Below, one piece after another: positions 12,831 to 26,480 of a stretch of 64,000 bases of DNA. The notes beneath the pieces were generated by a model, which searched no databases, was not told the DNA's origin, and was given only the letters and a program-made list of their open reading frames with translations. A program made the translations under genes and the position numbers. Numbering within the stretch: the stretch's first letter is position 1; each line of letters begins with the position of its first letter. Source of the stretch: Octopus sinensis (Eukaryota); the NCBI RefSeq assembly GCF_006345805.1, contig NC_043005.1:69998001-70062000 (forward strand). The letters run 5' to 3'.

Positions 12831-13204
12831 TATATACATCTATATGTATGAGAGTGTGCTGCATTTGAGAGGGTTTTTTTAATCTATTTATCGTGTATTT
12901 ATCTATCCTTAGTAACTAGCAATTATTTCCCTATCTGCTTCTATTATTTTCTTTAAACAACTTCATCTGCTACTCAAGGAATTTAATAATTAAATTCGAA
13001 TAGCATTTCAGAATATATGCTATAAATTCCTGCATCTATTTTTCATCCATTTATTCGTGTCAATGTCCTCTTTTACTTATTTCTGATTCTTTATCATGAT
13101 AACGAATCACTATCATCATTATCATTATCTTGATTACTTCTCTCATTCGTCTTCGCCTACTCCTCATTTACATCATTGTTCCCTTATCATTTCCTGTTTT
13201 AGGC

Positions 13205-13555
13205 AGAAGACGCGAAATTTTTGAGGTGGAACCCAGTCGATTAGATCGGCCCCAGAACGCAACCGTATTTAAATTATCGGGCCCGAAAGGATGAAAGGCA
13301 AAGTCGACCTCGGCGGAATTTGAAATATCTATATATTTACTACCCACAAGGAGCTAAACACAGAGGGGACAAACAAAGACAGCCAAACGGATAAAGTCGA
13401 TTACATCAACCCTAGTGCGTAACTGGTACTTAATTTATCGACCCTGACAGGATGAAAGGCAAAGTCGAGCTCGGCAGAATTTGAACTCAGAACGTAACGG
13501 CGGACGAAATACGGCCACGTATTTCGCCCGGCGTGCTGACGTTTCTGCCATGCTC
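13205..13555 (-). mobile_element. SINE family A composite: a tailed copy joined into a second copy
   Basis: Two AGGATGAAAGGCAAAGTCGA units separated by the tail module TACCCACAAGGAGCTAAACACAGAGGGGACAAAC. Confidence 0.8.
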
Positions 13556-13608
13556 AACGCCTTTATTGTTCACTTGCTGTTAAAGCATGCACGCACACAA
13601 CACACACA

Positions 13609-13661
<53 letters not shown>

Positions 13662-13736
13662 CATTGTAAATAGTGTTGGATCATAATATCTGAGAATCTG
13701 GTTGATATAGTGATACACTGTATATGTATATATATA

Positions 13737-14078
13737 AAGGGTAAAGATCCCCTTCGAACATGAATGACCATGGGATTGCACCTTGAAAATTACCCTCCTA
13801 GACACAAGTCCGGGCAAAGTTGTTTATGGAAGACCAGCAGTCGCCCATGCCTACCAGCCTCCCCTCTCCACGACACCAGTGTTATCCAAGGGAAAGACAA
13901 AGGTCGATGCATTTTGGCACCAGTGACGTCGCAACTCATTTCTACAGCTGAGTGAACTGGAGCAACGTGAAATAAAGTGCCTTGCTCAAGAACACAACAC
14001 GCAGCCCGGTCCGTGATTCGAGCTCACAACATCACGATCGTAAGCTCGACGCTCTAACCACTGAGCCATGTGCCTTCA
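13737..14078 (-). mobile_element. tRNA-derived SINE family C (GTGAAGGC head, CTTGAGCAAGGCACTTTATTTCACGTTGCTCCAG core)
   Basis: A/B-box-like head (TGGCTCAGTGGTTAGAGC...CTCGAATCAC); core shared with 18865, 42287 and 52459. Confidence 0.85.
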
Positions 14079-14079
14079 C

Positions 14080-14404
<325 letters not shown>

Positions 14405-14559
14405 TTTAATTAATCGGTTTGCCAATATGTATGTCAAAACTATGCATGTTTTTATTTTCCTTTGGTTTCTGAATTACAACTATTTAGCGGTTTGAGTTTA
14501 AATGCTCTTTCTAGTGTGTCGAATGGCCTATCAAGGCCATTCCTTAATATTGTTGATAG

Positions 14560-14601
<42 letters not shown>

Positions 14602-14807
14602 ATATTCATGCATACATACTGTATATGAATATATACACCGTATATGTATATATATATTTACTTACACATACATTCTATAAACGCACACGCACGCACACAC
14701 TCCCAAAAGCATATTTACATGTGCATATAATTGTATGTGTCTGCGTTAAGGTTTGTGCGTCCCCATTACTTCTTTCACACCTGGAATCTACATATTCTTT
14801 TAATATT

Positions 14808-15418
<611 letters not shown>

Positions 15419-15939
15419 TTCCCATTCTTTCTCCGTCCTGATCTGATTATTCAATTTATATCAAATTTAGAGAAGAATGGCTGTATGTGTCAAAACCTAC
15501 ATGGCGAGCTATTATTATCTTATAATGACAGTCGTGACAGAACGACGCTGTAAGAATGCATGAGCCTTCAGTCCACAATGATTACTTATTTCCCAAAACA
15601 AGAGAAATGACATCTATATATTACTTCGTAAATATGCATTTAATGATTTTTATTCTGTAGCACTTGTTTGATATTTTTATTTTACATTTGCGGAATTTGT
15701 AACAAAATGAAACATATGCTTAAAATTTATTGTCACTTCACGTTTTTTATCATGTGTACAAAAAGGAACGGATTTGATCTGATACTAAATACATCACATT
15801 AACGGCACAATAATTTCTCAAAAGAACGTACATTACATTTCGTTCAGCTCGCCTGAAATCGCTATATATCAATATTATCGATATTCACTTTCATAATTTC
15901 TCTACTACTACTACTATTGGTTTTGCACATCTTCAAACG

Positions 15940-16665
15940 CTGGAGATGTACTACAGTGACAGCTGTTCACTAGGTAACACCTCTTATTTTTCGAGCACCT
16001 TCCGGACAAGCTGTTCCAAGCAGTGCCGTCTTCTGCAAGTGGTCCAGCCTTATTTCATACCCTATTTGTTCCACGTACTTCTCGAGATTTTTGCTCACTG
16101 TTCCCAAGGAAACGACAATTATTGGACATATAAAGCAGTTTCCCTCTGCCTGGTGGCTATGTGGAAAGTGGTTGTTTTATGGCTGAAAGGCATGAGGATA
16201 GATACATTCCTCTTCTGTAGAGTTGTTATTGACTTGTTGAAGTTTCATTTGAAAGAGAAATTGAGAGTGGAGAGGGAAGTGCTGTCCCCGAGTGAGTTTA
16301 GTGAACGGTGGCTGAAAGTTGCGAAAAAGGCGAGGGTGGCTGATAACTTTCTAAGTATAGCCGTGTGAACCAGTGAAGAGGAATTGGAGAGGGCACGTCG
16401 TCCGTGGATTTCAGAGAAATCTCGGACAGTGGGGTTTCTTAATTATCCCCAGAGGTTTTCCTGTATCAGGAGGACCACATCTCTATCTTCCTCCCCGCCA
16501 CATTTTTTAAACCTTTGTATGCTATGCATATGTCCCATCTTTTTCAGTGTATACCGTGTATACTTAATTTTCTTTCTTCTATTTTCATTTCAATATATGT
16601 AAACCACCATACTTTTTGTCTGTTGTTGTATTGTCTTACACTTCCTTCGCCTTTGAGGTAAACAA
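15940..16665 (+). mobile_element. 5'-truncated Tx1/L1-clade LINE 3' end
   Basis: CLVAMWKVV..LKG..LLKFHLKEKLRVEREVL..F.ERW is homologous to the C-terminus at 50830-51055; T-rich 3' UTR ends in (ATT)-like repeats. Confidence 0.7.
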
Positions 16666-16703
16666 ATGAAATTATCATTATTGCTATTATAATTACTATT
16701 ATT

Positions 16704-17020
16704 GAGTGACGGAGCAGCGCATGTCATGAAAGTAACACTGGGGTAGAATATACGAAGTCCAGTATACTCATTATGGCTACCCGTGTGTTAAGAGTACACC
16801 AGGCACATTTATCACAACCATCTGTGCGCGATATTGTGATCTAATATCAAGATAAACAGCCCATAACTTAGGAGTCCCAGTTAGAATTTTCTTCAGGTTG
16901 AGTAGCTCAAAAGAACCCTGAATAAGGTTGTTTAAGGATTTTGAACAAAAAACCCATGTTTCCACAGGGTTTCCAAAGAATTACTCGCAATACACGGCTA
17001 TGATGCTCCGCCACTAATTC
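16704..17020 (-). mobile_element. 3' end of a second (TAA)-tailed RLE-LINE family (Dong-like)
   Basis: Homologous to 33037-33295; both copies end at a (TAA)n-type tail; degenerate VGALG-like motif. Confidence 0.55.
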
Positions 17021-17206
17021 TGCACGAAGGGTTTGCTGAATTGGTTATGGTCAAACAACTGACACGTAATTCTGTGTTACTGATCAGAATATTTGCTGCA
17101 GCCCATCTTTTTTACCAAGACAAAACAATATACACGATAAAACTTCCAATGTGTTAAGATTAGAAGTATGACCGCAACTACCTGGTACTGCATCAGGGCA
17201 TTTATC

Positions 17207-17214
17207 ATCATCAC

Positions 17215-17260
<46 letters not shown>

Positions 17261-17275
17261 GTTATTATTATTATT
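17207..17275 (+). repeat. (CAT)n(TTA)n microsatellite
   Basis: Direct reading. Confidence 0.95.
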
Positions 17276-18864
17276 TAGTAATTTCTGATTCCATACATAT
17301 ATTCATTTCTTCGAATTCCTTAGATCCTTCACATTCACCTAGGACTCATTCAACAATAAGCCGAGAGTCGTGCTTTATAATTAGCAGTCTTCCTCTTTTT
17401 CCATGTCTACTTGTCCGTCATATCGTACCCGTATTTCGTTTTGTAAATATTGCCGATGCAAAATCTCTATATACATATATATGATAGTCGACAAATCGTC
17501 ATTATCTTCAATTTAATCTAAACAGCGATGTCTTCTAAGGAGAACTACATTAATATAAGTAATAAACGGAGTTGAAGACGACGCCCTTAACAGGAATATT
17601 ATCCTTGCTATCCTGATTTTTAAATTATATTTTATCATCTGTAAAGTATTACAAGCAGTGAATATTAAATATTGCGATATGCATTTAAGTGAGGATGTTT
17701 TAAATAAAATTATGCACAGCTACATAATACATATTTATTAGGTTAGAATATTCACATATATATTGTAAAAAAAAAAAGAGGAAAGAAAATAGAAAATATA
17801 ATTATATTAATTTACTTTTACATATCTGTAAATCCTGAGTAAGTGCTGAGCATAATATAAATTATAATCAATTCAAATATTAGTAATGCAATAGCCATAT
17901 AGCAACAGCATATGAACAGGGCAAATGTGCAAGTGGATATTGAAATATTTGCTTTCAAATGCTTGAGAGAATTCTTTTCAATGACTAAGAGAGAAGGGAA
18001 TAGCTGGAAAACAGGCATTTTCGTAGTGTGATGAAAATAAAGCAAACGATAAACAGAGTAATATGAATAAACACACAGGCATTCATACATACAGACACAG
18101 ACACACACGAACATACACACACACACTCAGAGGAAGTCCAATTTCTAACGTAATTCATAAGTACTGTTTTAAAGAAAATATAGTATTTTTCAACGTCTAA
18201 AACACGGAATTACTATGTTTAATTTTAGCCCCACTTCTTTTTAGCTAAACGTTATTTGAAAGACAGCACCGGTTTTGATAAGTTATCCAAGTAAAAGTCA
18301 TATGATATAACATGGTTTTTTTTTTTCTGCATATGAGAAATTGGAAAAGTTAATGAGTTTCTAACTCTTTCAAAGACTTCCTGCATTTATCCAGCATTTA
18401 TTTTGTATTAAAGTTGGCATTTTTAATGGACAAACAATTTAGATTAAAAGTTTTAGCATGCCACATGCGTACGGCGACGGATAGCTAACTTAATCGAATT
18501 CATTTCACTGATGTGGTAGTTTGATATTTTTTTTTTGCTCATTTATTTAACATTCTCTAACATTGCTTTGTTAACATAACCATACTATTCAAAGTACGAA
18601 AGACGAACATATGTACATAAAATATATAGAGAGAGAGGGAAAAAGAGGTATCTATCTATTTATCTTTATCTCTCTTTTTCTTCATATATATATATGCGTT
18701 TTGCAAGGTACCTGACGTGAAATCGTGTTTTGAAACAGATGTTGTTGTGTTTCGGGATGGTCTTTTTTTTCTTTTGCCAAATAAGCACATCACAGTGCGT
18801 GTGTTTATGTGGCATAAAACAATAACCATCCCGAAATACAGCAATATATAGATACAGAGAAAAT

Positions 18865-19190
18865 GATTCGTACATTTACACACGTAAAGGAGCACTCCGT
18901 TGGTAATGACGACGTGTGTGCCATCTGATATGATCAACGGAGTAACTTGGCTGAGCACTCCACAGACACGTGGGCTCTTAATGCAGTTCTCAGGGAGTTT
19001 TGGCGTGACACGGAGTGTGACAAGGTCGGCCCTTTGAAATACAGTTACTACTCATTTTTGCCAGCTGAGTGGACTGGAGCAACGTGAAATAAAGTGTCTT
19101 TCTCAAGGACACAACGCGTCGCCGGGAATTGAACTCACGACTTTAAGATCGTGAGCCGAATGCCCTAACCACTAAGCCACGCACCTTCAC
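18865..19190 (-). mobile_element. SINE family C with an alternative tail
   Basis: Head GTGAAGGTGCGTGGCTTAGTGGTTAGGGC; same core as 13737 but a different 3' tail. Confidence 0.85.
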
Positions 19191-19531
19191 AATATATACA
19201 CAGAGATATTCTGGAAGAGATAATGTGGAGAAAAGAGACAGGAATAAAAAAACATGACGTTCTTTTAGAAATGAAACTTGGAGGCAATGACGTAGAAAGT
19301 AAAACGCTACAAACTGAGGGATGGTGGAGTAGATTGACAATGAAGTACACGTATATAACCCCTAGTGAATAAACTCTAGACTCTATAATCTACCGTAATG
19401 GATTAATAAAAGTGCAAAAGAGATGTCTGTAATTTACTTCCCTAAAGCGGAATATAATGGGAATGTGTACAGTCAATTATATCTATCTATGTATAAATAT
19501 ATATATTTCTGTATATCTATCACACACGTTC

Positions 19532-19582
<51 letters not shown>

Positions 19583-19585
19583 CTC

Positions 19586-19640
<55 letters not shown>

Positions 19641-20414
19641 ATATTAAAGAATACAGCCCATTATCTTTTACCCACACAACACACATAACAATATATGTGA
19701 TGGGAATACATACATATATATATATATGTCACTTTGAAATCTGAATAATGTTTTTATTCTGCAAAATATACGCATATATACAGTCGTGTGTTTGTGTCTG
19801 TGTTTAGTTGTTTGTGTGTGGATGTTTGCTTAATGTGTGGTGTACATGTGCGTGTATGTGTATGCATGTATGTATGTATTTATGTACGTATACACATATG
19901 TGTATGTGTGTTTTTTGCGTGTGGGTATATGTATGTGTATGTGCGTGTGTGTGTATGTGTGTGTGTTCACGCACAAAATGAAAAATGTTTTAGTGTTTTC
20001 AAGACGTCATTATATTTTACATATATTTCAAATGTCTGTTTTTGTAATTACTTATATCTAGTTGGTTTGCGGGTGAGAGTTATTCGTTAATGATGGTAGA
20101 TTCTAATATTCTGAGACAGTTGGGTCTGCATTTTCATGCGGAGCAACCCGCGCATACAGTTTGCTTCTAGAGACCAATTTTTTTGTGCTTTACCTTAGCG
20201 CATTCTTTCCATCAAACCGACGTTGCGTGAGCAGATGCAGGTGTATCAGCCGTCAGGTGTCGAAGTGATCACAGAACAATGTAAAAGGAGCTGTTTGCTC
20301 AACACAACGCCCCAACCGTTTGGATAATTCAAACCACGGTCGCACGATCGTGTTTCACGTCCTAAATACACGGACACGCGCCTTCTTTACGTTAATATTC
20401 TTTTTAACCACCAA

Positions 20415-21262
20415 GGCGGCGAGCTGGCAGAATCGTTAGCGCGCTGTACGAAATGCTTAGCGGTATTTCGCCCGTCACTACGTTCTGAGTTCAAATTCCG
20501 CCAAGGTCGACTTTGCCTTTCATCCTTCCGGGGTCGATAAATTAAGTACCCGTTGAGTACTGGAGTCGATGTAATCGACTTAAACCCTCCCCCAAATTTG
20601 CAAGCATTGTGCCTTTAGTACTGTTGTGTTAACGTGCCCAGACGATGAAGTAGGCTATCCCAATCCGTAGATATAGAGGGAGAAGTCTAGACGTCGAGAA
20701 GTTGAGTAGAGGTCATCCAAACGTGCGATATAACAAGTAGACAGTATCGTGCGTTTCATGTTCTAAACACTCGGAGAGACGCCTTCTTTACGTTAATATT
20801 TTTTAACAATCAAGGCAGCCAGCTGGCAGAATCGTAAGGACGCTAGACATTAGTGCTTAGCGGCATTTCGTCCTTCTTTACCTTCAGAGTAAAAATTGTG
20901 TTGAGGTCGATTTCTCCTTTCATCACTTCGGTGGCGATAAAATAAAGGACAGGTTGAACACTGGCGTCGTTCTAATTGACATATCTCAGCCTCGGAATTG
21001 CTGGCTTTATGTCAACATTTGAAATCAATATTTTTAAAACACGTGAGGCGGCGAGCTGGCAGATCCATTAGCAAACCGGTCAAAATGTTTAGCAGCATTT
21101 TGTCCATGATTACATTCTGAGTTCGAATTCCGCAAAGCTCTGTTTTACCTTTCACCCTTTTCGGTGTCGATAAAATTAATATCTGTTTAACTCTGTGGTC
21201 GATGTAATCAGCTTATCGTCTCTCCCAAAATTGCTAGACTTTTGCCAAAATTTAAAACTAAT
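20415..21262 (+). mobile_element. Three tandem SINE family A copies (about 20415, 20814, 21044)
   Basis: Three GGC(G/A)GC(G/C)AGCTGGCAGA heads; the first two are preceded by the same flank GCCTTCTTTACGTTAATATT. Confidence 0.85.
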
Positions 21263-21651
21263 ATTCTTATAACAACTAAATTTCATTCATTCAGCCGATG
21301 GCCATTCACACGATGATTTTAAATTGAATCCGAAGACGTTTGCCTCTCATAATATATTCCAATTCAAAATTTAGGTCCGACTATCTGTTAATTCAGTTGT
21401 TGACCAAATGTTTTTGCATTTTAAGCGAATATAAATTGCCTTGTTCGAAACATATTTATAGTTTCAGATTAATAAAATTACAACATTAGTTGAATCATTT
21501 GATAATTAGCGTAGTTTTCTATTCCGATTGGATATTAGAATTTTAACTTGGGATTCTCAGTAATTTAAACTTCCAGGCAGTAGAGAAACAGCAGCTGAAA
21601 TTACAGATTAATATTATGTTTTTATTAAGCCGTGAGTGCAGTAACGTGAGT

Positions 21652-21945
21652 GCAGGCGCAATGGCTCAGTGGTTAGGGTAGCGGACTCGCGGTTTCAATT
21701 CCCAGACCGGGCGTTGTGTGTGTTTATTGAGCGAAAACACCTAAAAGCTCCCCGAGGCTCCAACAAGGGGTGGTAGCGACCCCTATGGTACTCTTTCGCT
21801 ACAAATTTCTCTCACTCTCTCTTCCTCTTTCTTGAGTAACGCTGCGATGGACTGGCGTCCCGTCCAGCTGGGGGGAACACATATGCCACATAAACCAGGA
21901 AACCGGGCCCATGAGCCTGGCTAGGCTTCAAAAGAGCGACGTTTA
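21652..21945 (+). mobile_element. SINE with a C-type head, alternative core and a tail shared with 52459
   Basis: TGGCTCAGTGGTTAGGG head; tail GAGTAACGCTGCGATGGA.TGGCGTCCCGTCCAGCTGGGG shared with 52600-52700. Confidence 0.8.
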
Positions 21946-22963
21946 TCTTTAATAGTAATGTGTCACAATGACACATAAATGAGGATGAGGTTTGAGCAAT
22001 AGTGAAAATCTAATTTCAATTTTGCTCTGAAATACGCAAGTCTATATTATACTTAAAAACCTCTGGCATAGTAACTTATAATTTATGCGTTTTACTCAAC
22101 CTTCGAAAGAAGGGAACAATAGTAACCTTTTGAACAACAACAGCAACAACGTAAAAAACCAACCGTGACAAAAAAATGCAAGCAACATATGAAGCAACTC
22201 CAACAACAACACTAATAATAAAAGAATTCTTTCCAACTTTGGCACTAAGTCAGCAATATTAATGCTAAGTGTGAGTTGTCCAGCGCTGAATAGTATTAAC
22301 CCTGAATCTATGAAAAGGTTAGTCGATCTCGACGAAATTTGAACTATATGAGTAAAAATCTTGAAGAAATGGTGCCAAAATGCGCTAAAGATACTACAAG
22401 ACAACTTAGCAACAACAACAACAACTATAGCATTAACAATAATCGTAATGATAATGGTTCCAAATTTTGGCGGAAGGCCAGCAAATCTAAAGGACCTAGT
22501 GGTCCATTGCTGAATAATATCGAACCGAAACCTATGAAAGTTGACCTTAGGATTTCACAGATAACAGTAAAACCAATAACAACAATAACAACAACAACAA
22601 CAACAACAACAACGGTTACAATAATGTTATGTCTATATTTTTCGTTCTCAAATGGATTCTGTGGTGACGTATATACCTTTTCTCCACAAAATAAGTTCAC
22701 ATAATCTAAGAAGTGATCTATAGCCATAGTGATCGTAGAGTATTTAAACTGCAGCATGCGTCTTTAAATTGGCAGCGACGTATTTTCAATGTAATTCTAG
22801 CTAATGCTAAAGCGGGGGTTGCGTGGAGGTGCACGTACAGCATGCTTTTTATCTTTAGTTCTTCGACTAAAGGCCTGACTTAGAGATATACTAGGTCATT
22901 GTGGCAGTTAGCTTCAGCAACCTGAGATTTGGTTTAATCATTTCCTTCCAAACTTTGTTACGC

Positions 22964-23271
22964 TAGTGGTTCCCAAAGTGAGCAGTATTACCCCATTCCG
23001 GAAACGGCAAAAATTTCTAAAGAAGCGTTGAAGAAAAGTGGGATAATAATGGGGTAGCGATTCAATTAAAATGCGGGGTGATAATGAGGTAGCGATTCAA
23101 GTAAAAACAAAAAAAATTATGGGTTCGCTAGGTTAAGTTTTATATGTGAAATACAGCTGCTTTAAATTTGTTTTGAATATGCTATGTTTGTAATGGTTAC
23201 TTGTGGTGGGCCGCTAGGAATGTGGCTAGAGTGTCGAAGGGCAGCAGCCTTATAAAGTTTGGGAACCACTG
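22964..23271. mobile_element. hAT (Charlie-like) MITE
   Basis: TIRs (T/C)AGTGGTTCCCAAA and TTTGGGAACCACTG; the 8-bp TSD is not convincingly preserved. Confidence 0.75.
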
Positions 23272-23734
23272 GGCTACAAGGACCCTAGAGGTCATCCCAT
23301 TAAAACATCTCTTTTCATCCTTCTAAAATTGCTATCCCTTAAATGCTTCTAAGACTTGAAAGCAATAGATGAAACCGAATGGATGACAATTGAGAATAAA
23401 ACGAAAACATTAGGTCGCATTTGCAGAAGACATTTATCTGAACGTTAGTTTTGTTGTAAATACAATTCAAAAATTAACAGAAGCTCATCCACATAGCAAC
23501 AAGAAGTGGAAGAAATATAACACATTTCATACTCGTAACTTGAATTAGGAAAGACACTTTAGACAACGCAGACTTAGTTGAATTACAATGTTTGATTCAC
23601 ACGGCTTGTCGCTTATGAAGGTACTAATGATAAACGGCAAACAATAACCCACCAAAATGTTAAATTTCTAACTTCTAAACTTTCATAATTTAATTTTGGA
23701 AATAAGAGTTAACAAAACTAATGATTCTTTTATC

Positions 23735-23900
23735 TTTTATTTGCGTCTGTTATTACAATTCGGACATGCTGGGGCACTGCCTTCAGGCATTTTTGTCGAA
23801 AAAAATCTACTCCAGTACTTACTATTTATAAAACCTGGTACTTATTCTATCAGTGGAGAGAGTCAAATGCAGAGACAGAAACACACAAACACACACACAC
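23735..23900 (-). mobile_element. SINE family B 3' fragment
   Basis: Similar to the reverse of the GCTCCAGCATGGCCGCAGTC tail. Confidence 0.6.
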
Positions 23901-23989
23901 ACGCATGCACACCTACATAATTTTTCTAAATCTTCAGATTTTTCAATATGCTAGACCACTGGTTTTAAATTGATATATATATATATGTA

Positions 23990-24145
23990 CTATTGTGTTT
24001 GGGGAGAGTAACGACTTTTGAAAAAAGCTGCAAGACGCAACGAAAGTTTTAGGAAAACGAAAATAAGAAATAAGTGGAAATTTTACTGGTGTGTGTGTTA
24101 AATGATAAGGCACAAGAAGAAAATGACTCTCCCCAAACACAATAG
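23990..24145. repeat. 156-bp element bounded by perfect 20-bp inverted repeats
   Basis: CTATTGTGTTTGGGGAGAGT (23990-24009) and ACTCTCCCCAAACACAATAG (24126-24145). Confidence 0.85.
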
Positions 24146-24268
24146 AAAAGCTTCAACACACGAGCTCGCATAAAGGATCTTGCAAACCAAATCCAAAAGC
24201 GATATATATATATATACATATCTATATATGTATGTGTGTATGTGTGTGTGTGTGTGTATATATATATA

Positions 24269-24372
24269 CAAGCACAGTTAAATCACACATGCATATGCAT
24301 GCTTTCATTTCATATGCGGAAGTCAATCCAAATGTGTTTGTGATTCTGTATGTGTAGCAATGGGCATGTATT

Positions 24373-24417
<45 letters not shown>

Positions 24418-24534
24418 ATCAATGGACATGTATTTATTTATATATATATATATATAAATACATGCCCATTGATACACACACAGAATCACAATCACATTTG
24501 GATTGCATATGCATGTGTGATTTAACTGTGCTTG
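24269..24534. repeat. Imperfect foldback (about 85-bp arms) around a (TA)n(TG)n spacer
   Basis: CAAGCACAGTTAAATCACACATGCATATGC and CAATCCAAATGTG..CAATGGGCATGTATTTATA have reverse complements at 24451-24534. Confidence 0.8.
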
Positions 24535-25109
24535 CATGTGTTACTAAAACTCTGTATGTGTATCTAGCTGTGCGTGTGTGCGCATGCGTTTCACGGATGA
24601 AAAAAGAGAGGAAAAGAGAAGACTGCGCTATTTAGCATGCGTAACATGCTTTTTCCCATTCATAATATGTTGACATTTTGCAAAAAAAAGCAACTATTTA
24701 CATTCATGACACTGTCAATTATATTTAACGTATCTGCAGAATATTCCATTTATGGTAGTGACGGAAATGCTACAGTTTTGACTTTCTGCTTTACGCCAGG
24801 TTTTTTTTTTGTCTCCCATAATTTAAGTTCAATATATGTTGGGCCAAATCTTTTTTGTTTTTATTTCGCAACCACTTATTCCATGTCCAGTAAAATATTC
24901 CATAATAAGTTCTAGAATCTCTTCCTACGCCAAGTACACATATACCTTCTCAAACTATTGCTATCTCTGTCGGTCTTTCTTTTATTCTAAATTTTGACCA
25001 CTCCCAATCTCTGATCTATCGATCTATCTAACTACCTCTTCTGTCTTCGGTCCATTAGTCTCTCTGTCTGTGTCTGTGTCTGTCTCTCTCTCTCTTGTAT
25101 ATATATATA

Positions 25110-25220
<111 letters not shown>

Positions 25221-25629
25221 ATACAAATACAGTAGGCAGAAGAACATCGCAGCCCGAGTGGCCCATTGTACGACTAATTTGCTGTACCAGCGGAGACTAG
25301 TGCGAATTTTTGTCTTGAAGTATGGGGGGGGGGAATTCCGCAATACGAGCGAGTTTCATACAAGAACAAGTCGTCCCATCTTTAAGGTAATTCGGTTATT
25401 AAAACCAGTTTACATATTTCTTTAGCATTCTCTTTTCACAATTGTCATTTATTTTGTAACTACACCTTTTTCTGTTTAAAATATTATTTTCGAGTAGTTC
25501 TGTGCGGCTGGGACGGATTAATTATAGTTTAGTTAATCTCAATGGAGAAAACTGATTTCGAAAACGACTAAATCGTAACACGAGCTCGGTCAGGGAACGA
25601 ATTAAACACCTACCGAGAGATATCACTGT

Positions 25630-25844
25630 ATATATATGACCATGTGTGTACCGTTGGCGATTTTTTCCTCCGTCTTCCCTTCTTTGGATCTTTCCTTTTC
25701 CTATGTTTCTGAAGAAGAGCTCCGCTCGAAACGTTAAACCCTCCTTCTTTCCCTCCTTCCTAAGCGTCCAATAATACTATATTTGTTCCACGTCCACGCG
25801 TTGTTGTGTTTTCTCTTTGTGTTTTCATGATTGGATTAACTTTA

Positions 25845-25845
<1 letters not shown>
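25630..25845 (+). mobile_element. Penelope-like pLTR fragment between TA repeats
   Basis: Contains a minimal hammerhead motif; ends in the (TA)n array at about 25845. Confidence 0.55.
25705..25739 (+). ncRNA. Minimal type I hammerhead ribozyme motif (Penelope-type)
   Basis: GUUU-CUGAAGA-A-GAGC(UCC)GCUC-GAAAC-GUU^AAAC: 4-bp stem I, 4-bp stem II, stem III reduced to the palindrome AACGUU. Confidence 0.65.
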
Positions 25846-25918
<73 letters not shown>

Positions 25919-26381
25919 CTGTGTTATAGTTAGAAGCAATGCACGTTACCAGAGTTTTTGACTTAGGTGGATTAAATCAAACAGCTCCAAAACCTTGTCA
26001 TATTATTCGTCTGCATGTTGATAGGACTGGCTAGTATACCTGGCATAGTGTGGTATATTGTAAAATAATGAAATCAAATCAACTAGAAATATTTTGAACG
26101 CATTTAAAACGCATGTTAGTGATAACTGAGGAATAGATAAAAGATAATTTTATCTCTTACGCAAAACCTTCCTCCGTCGAAACATAAAAGATTTTGATAT
26201 GTCTTAACGGAAGAATATTTTCGCAAGTGATTCAATGCCCTTTCATGAACTGTACGGTTATCTAAACCATAGAATAACTGTATTTGCTGTGATTTCATTA
26301 TCATGTATGTATTATATAGGTACGTATGTATGTATGCACGTATGTATATACGTATATATATATATGTATGTATATATATAT

Positions 26382-26480
<99 letters not shown>

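Noticed and set aside
22096-22757. ORFs of 102-121 aa
   Set aside because: Built from (AAC)n tracts and decayed SINE tail pieces.
22956-23279. 8-bp TSD of the hAT MITE
   Set aside because: TGTTACGC versus GGCTACAA match at only 4 of 8 positions; not claimed.
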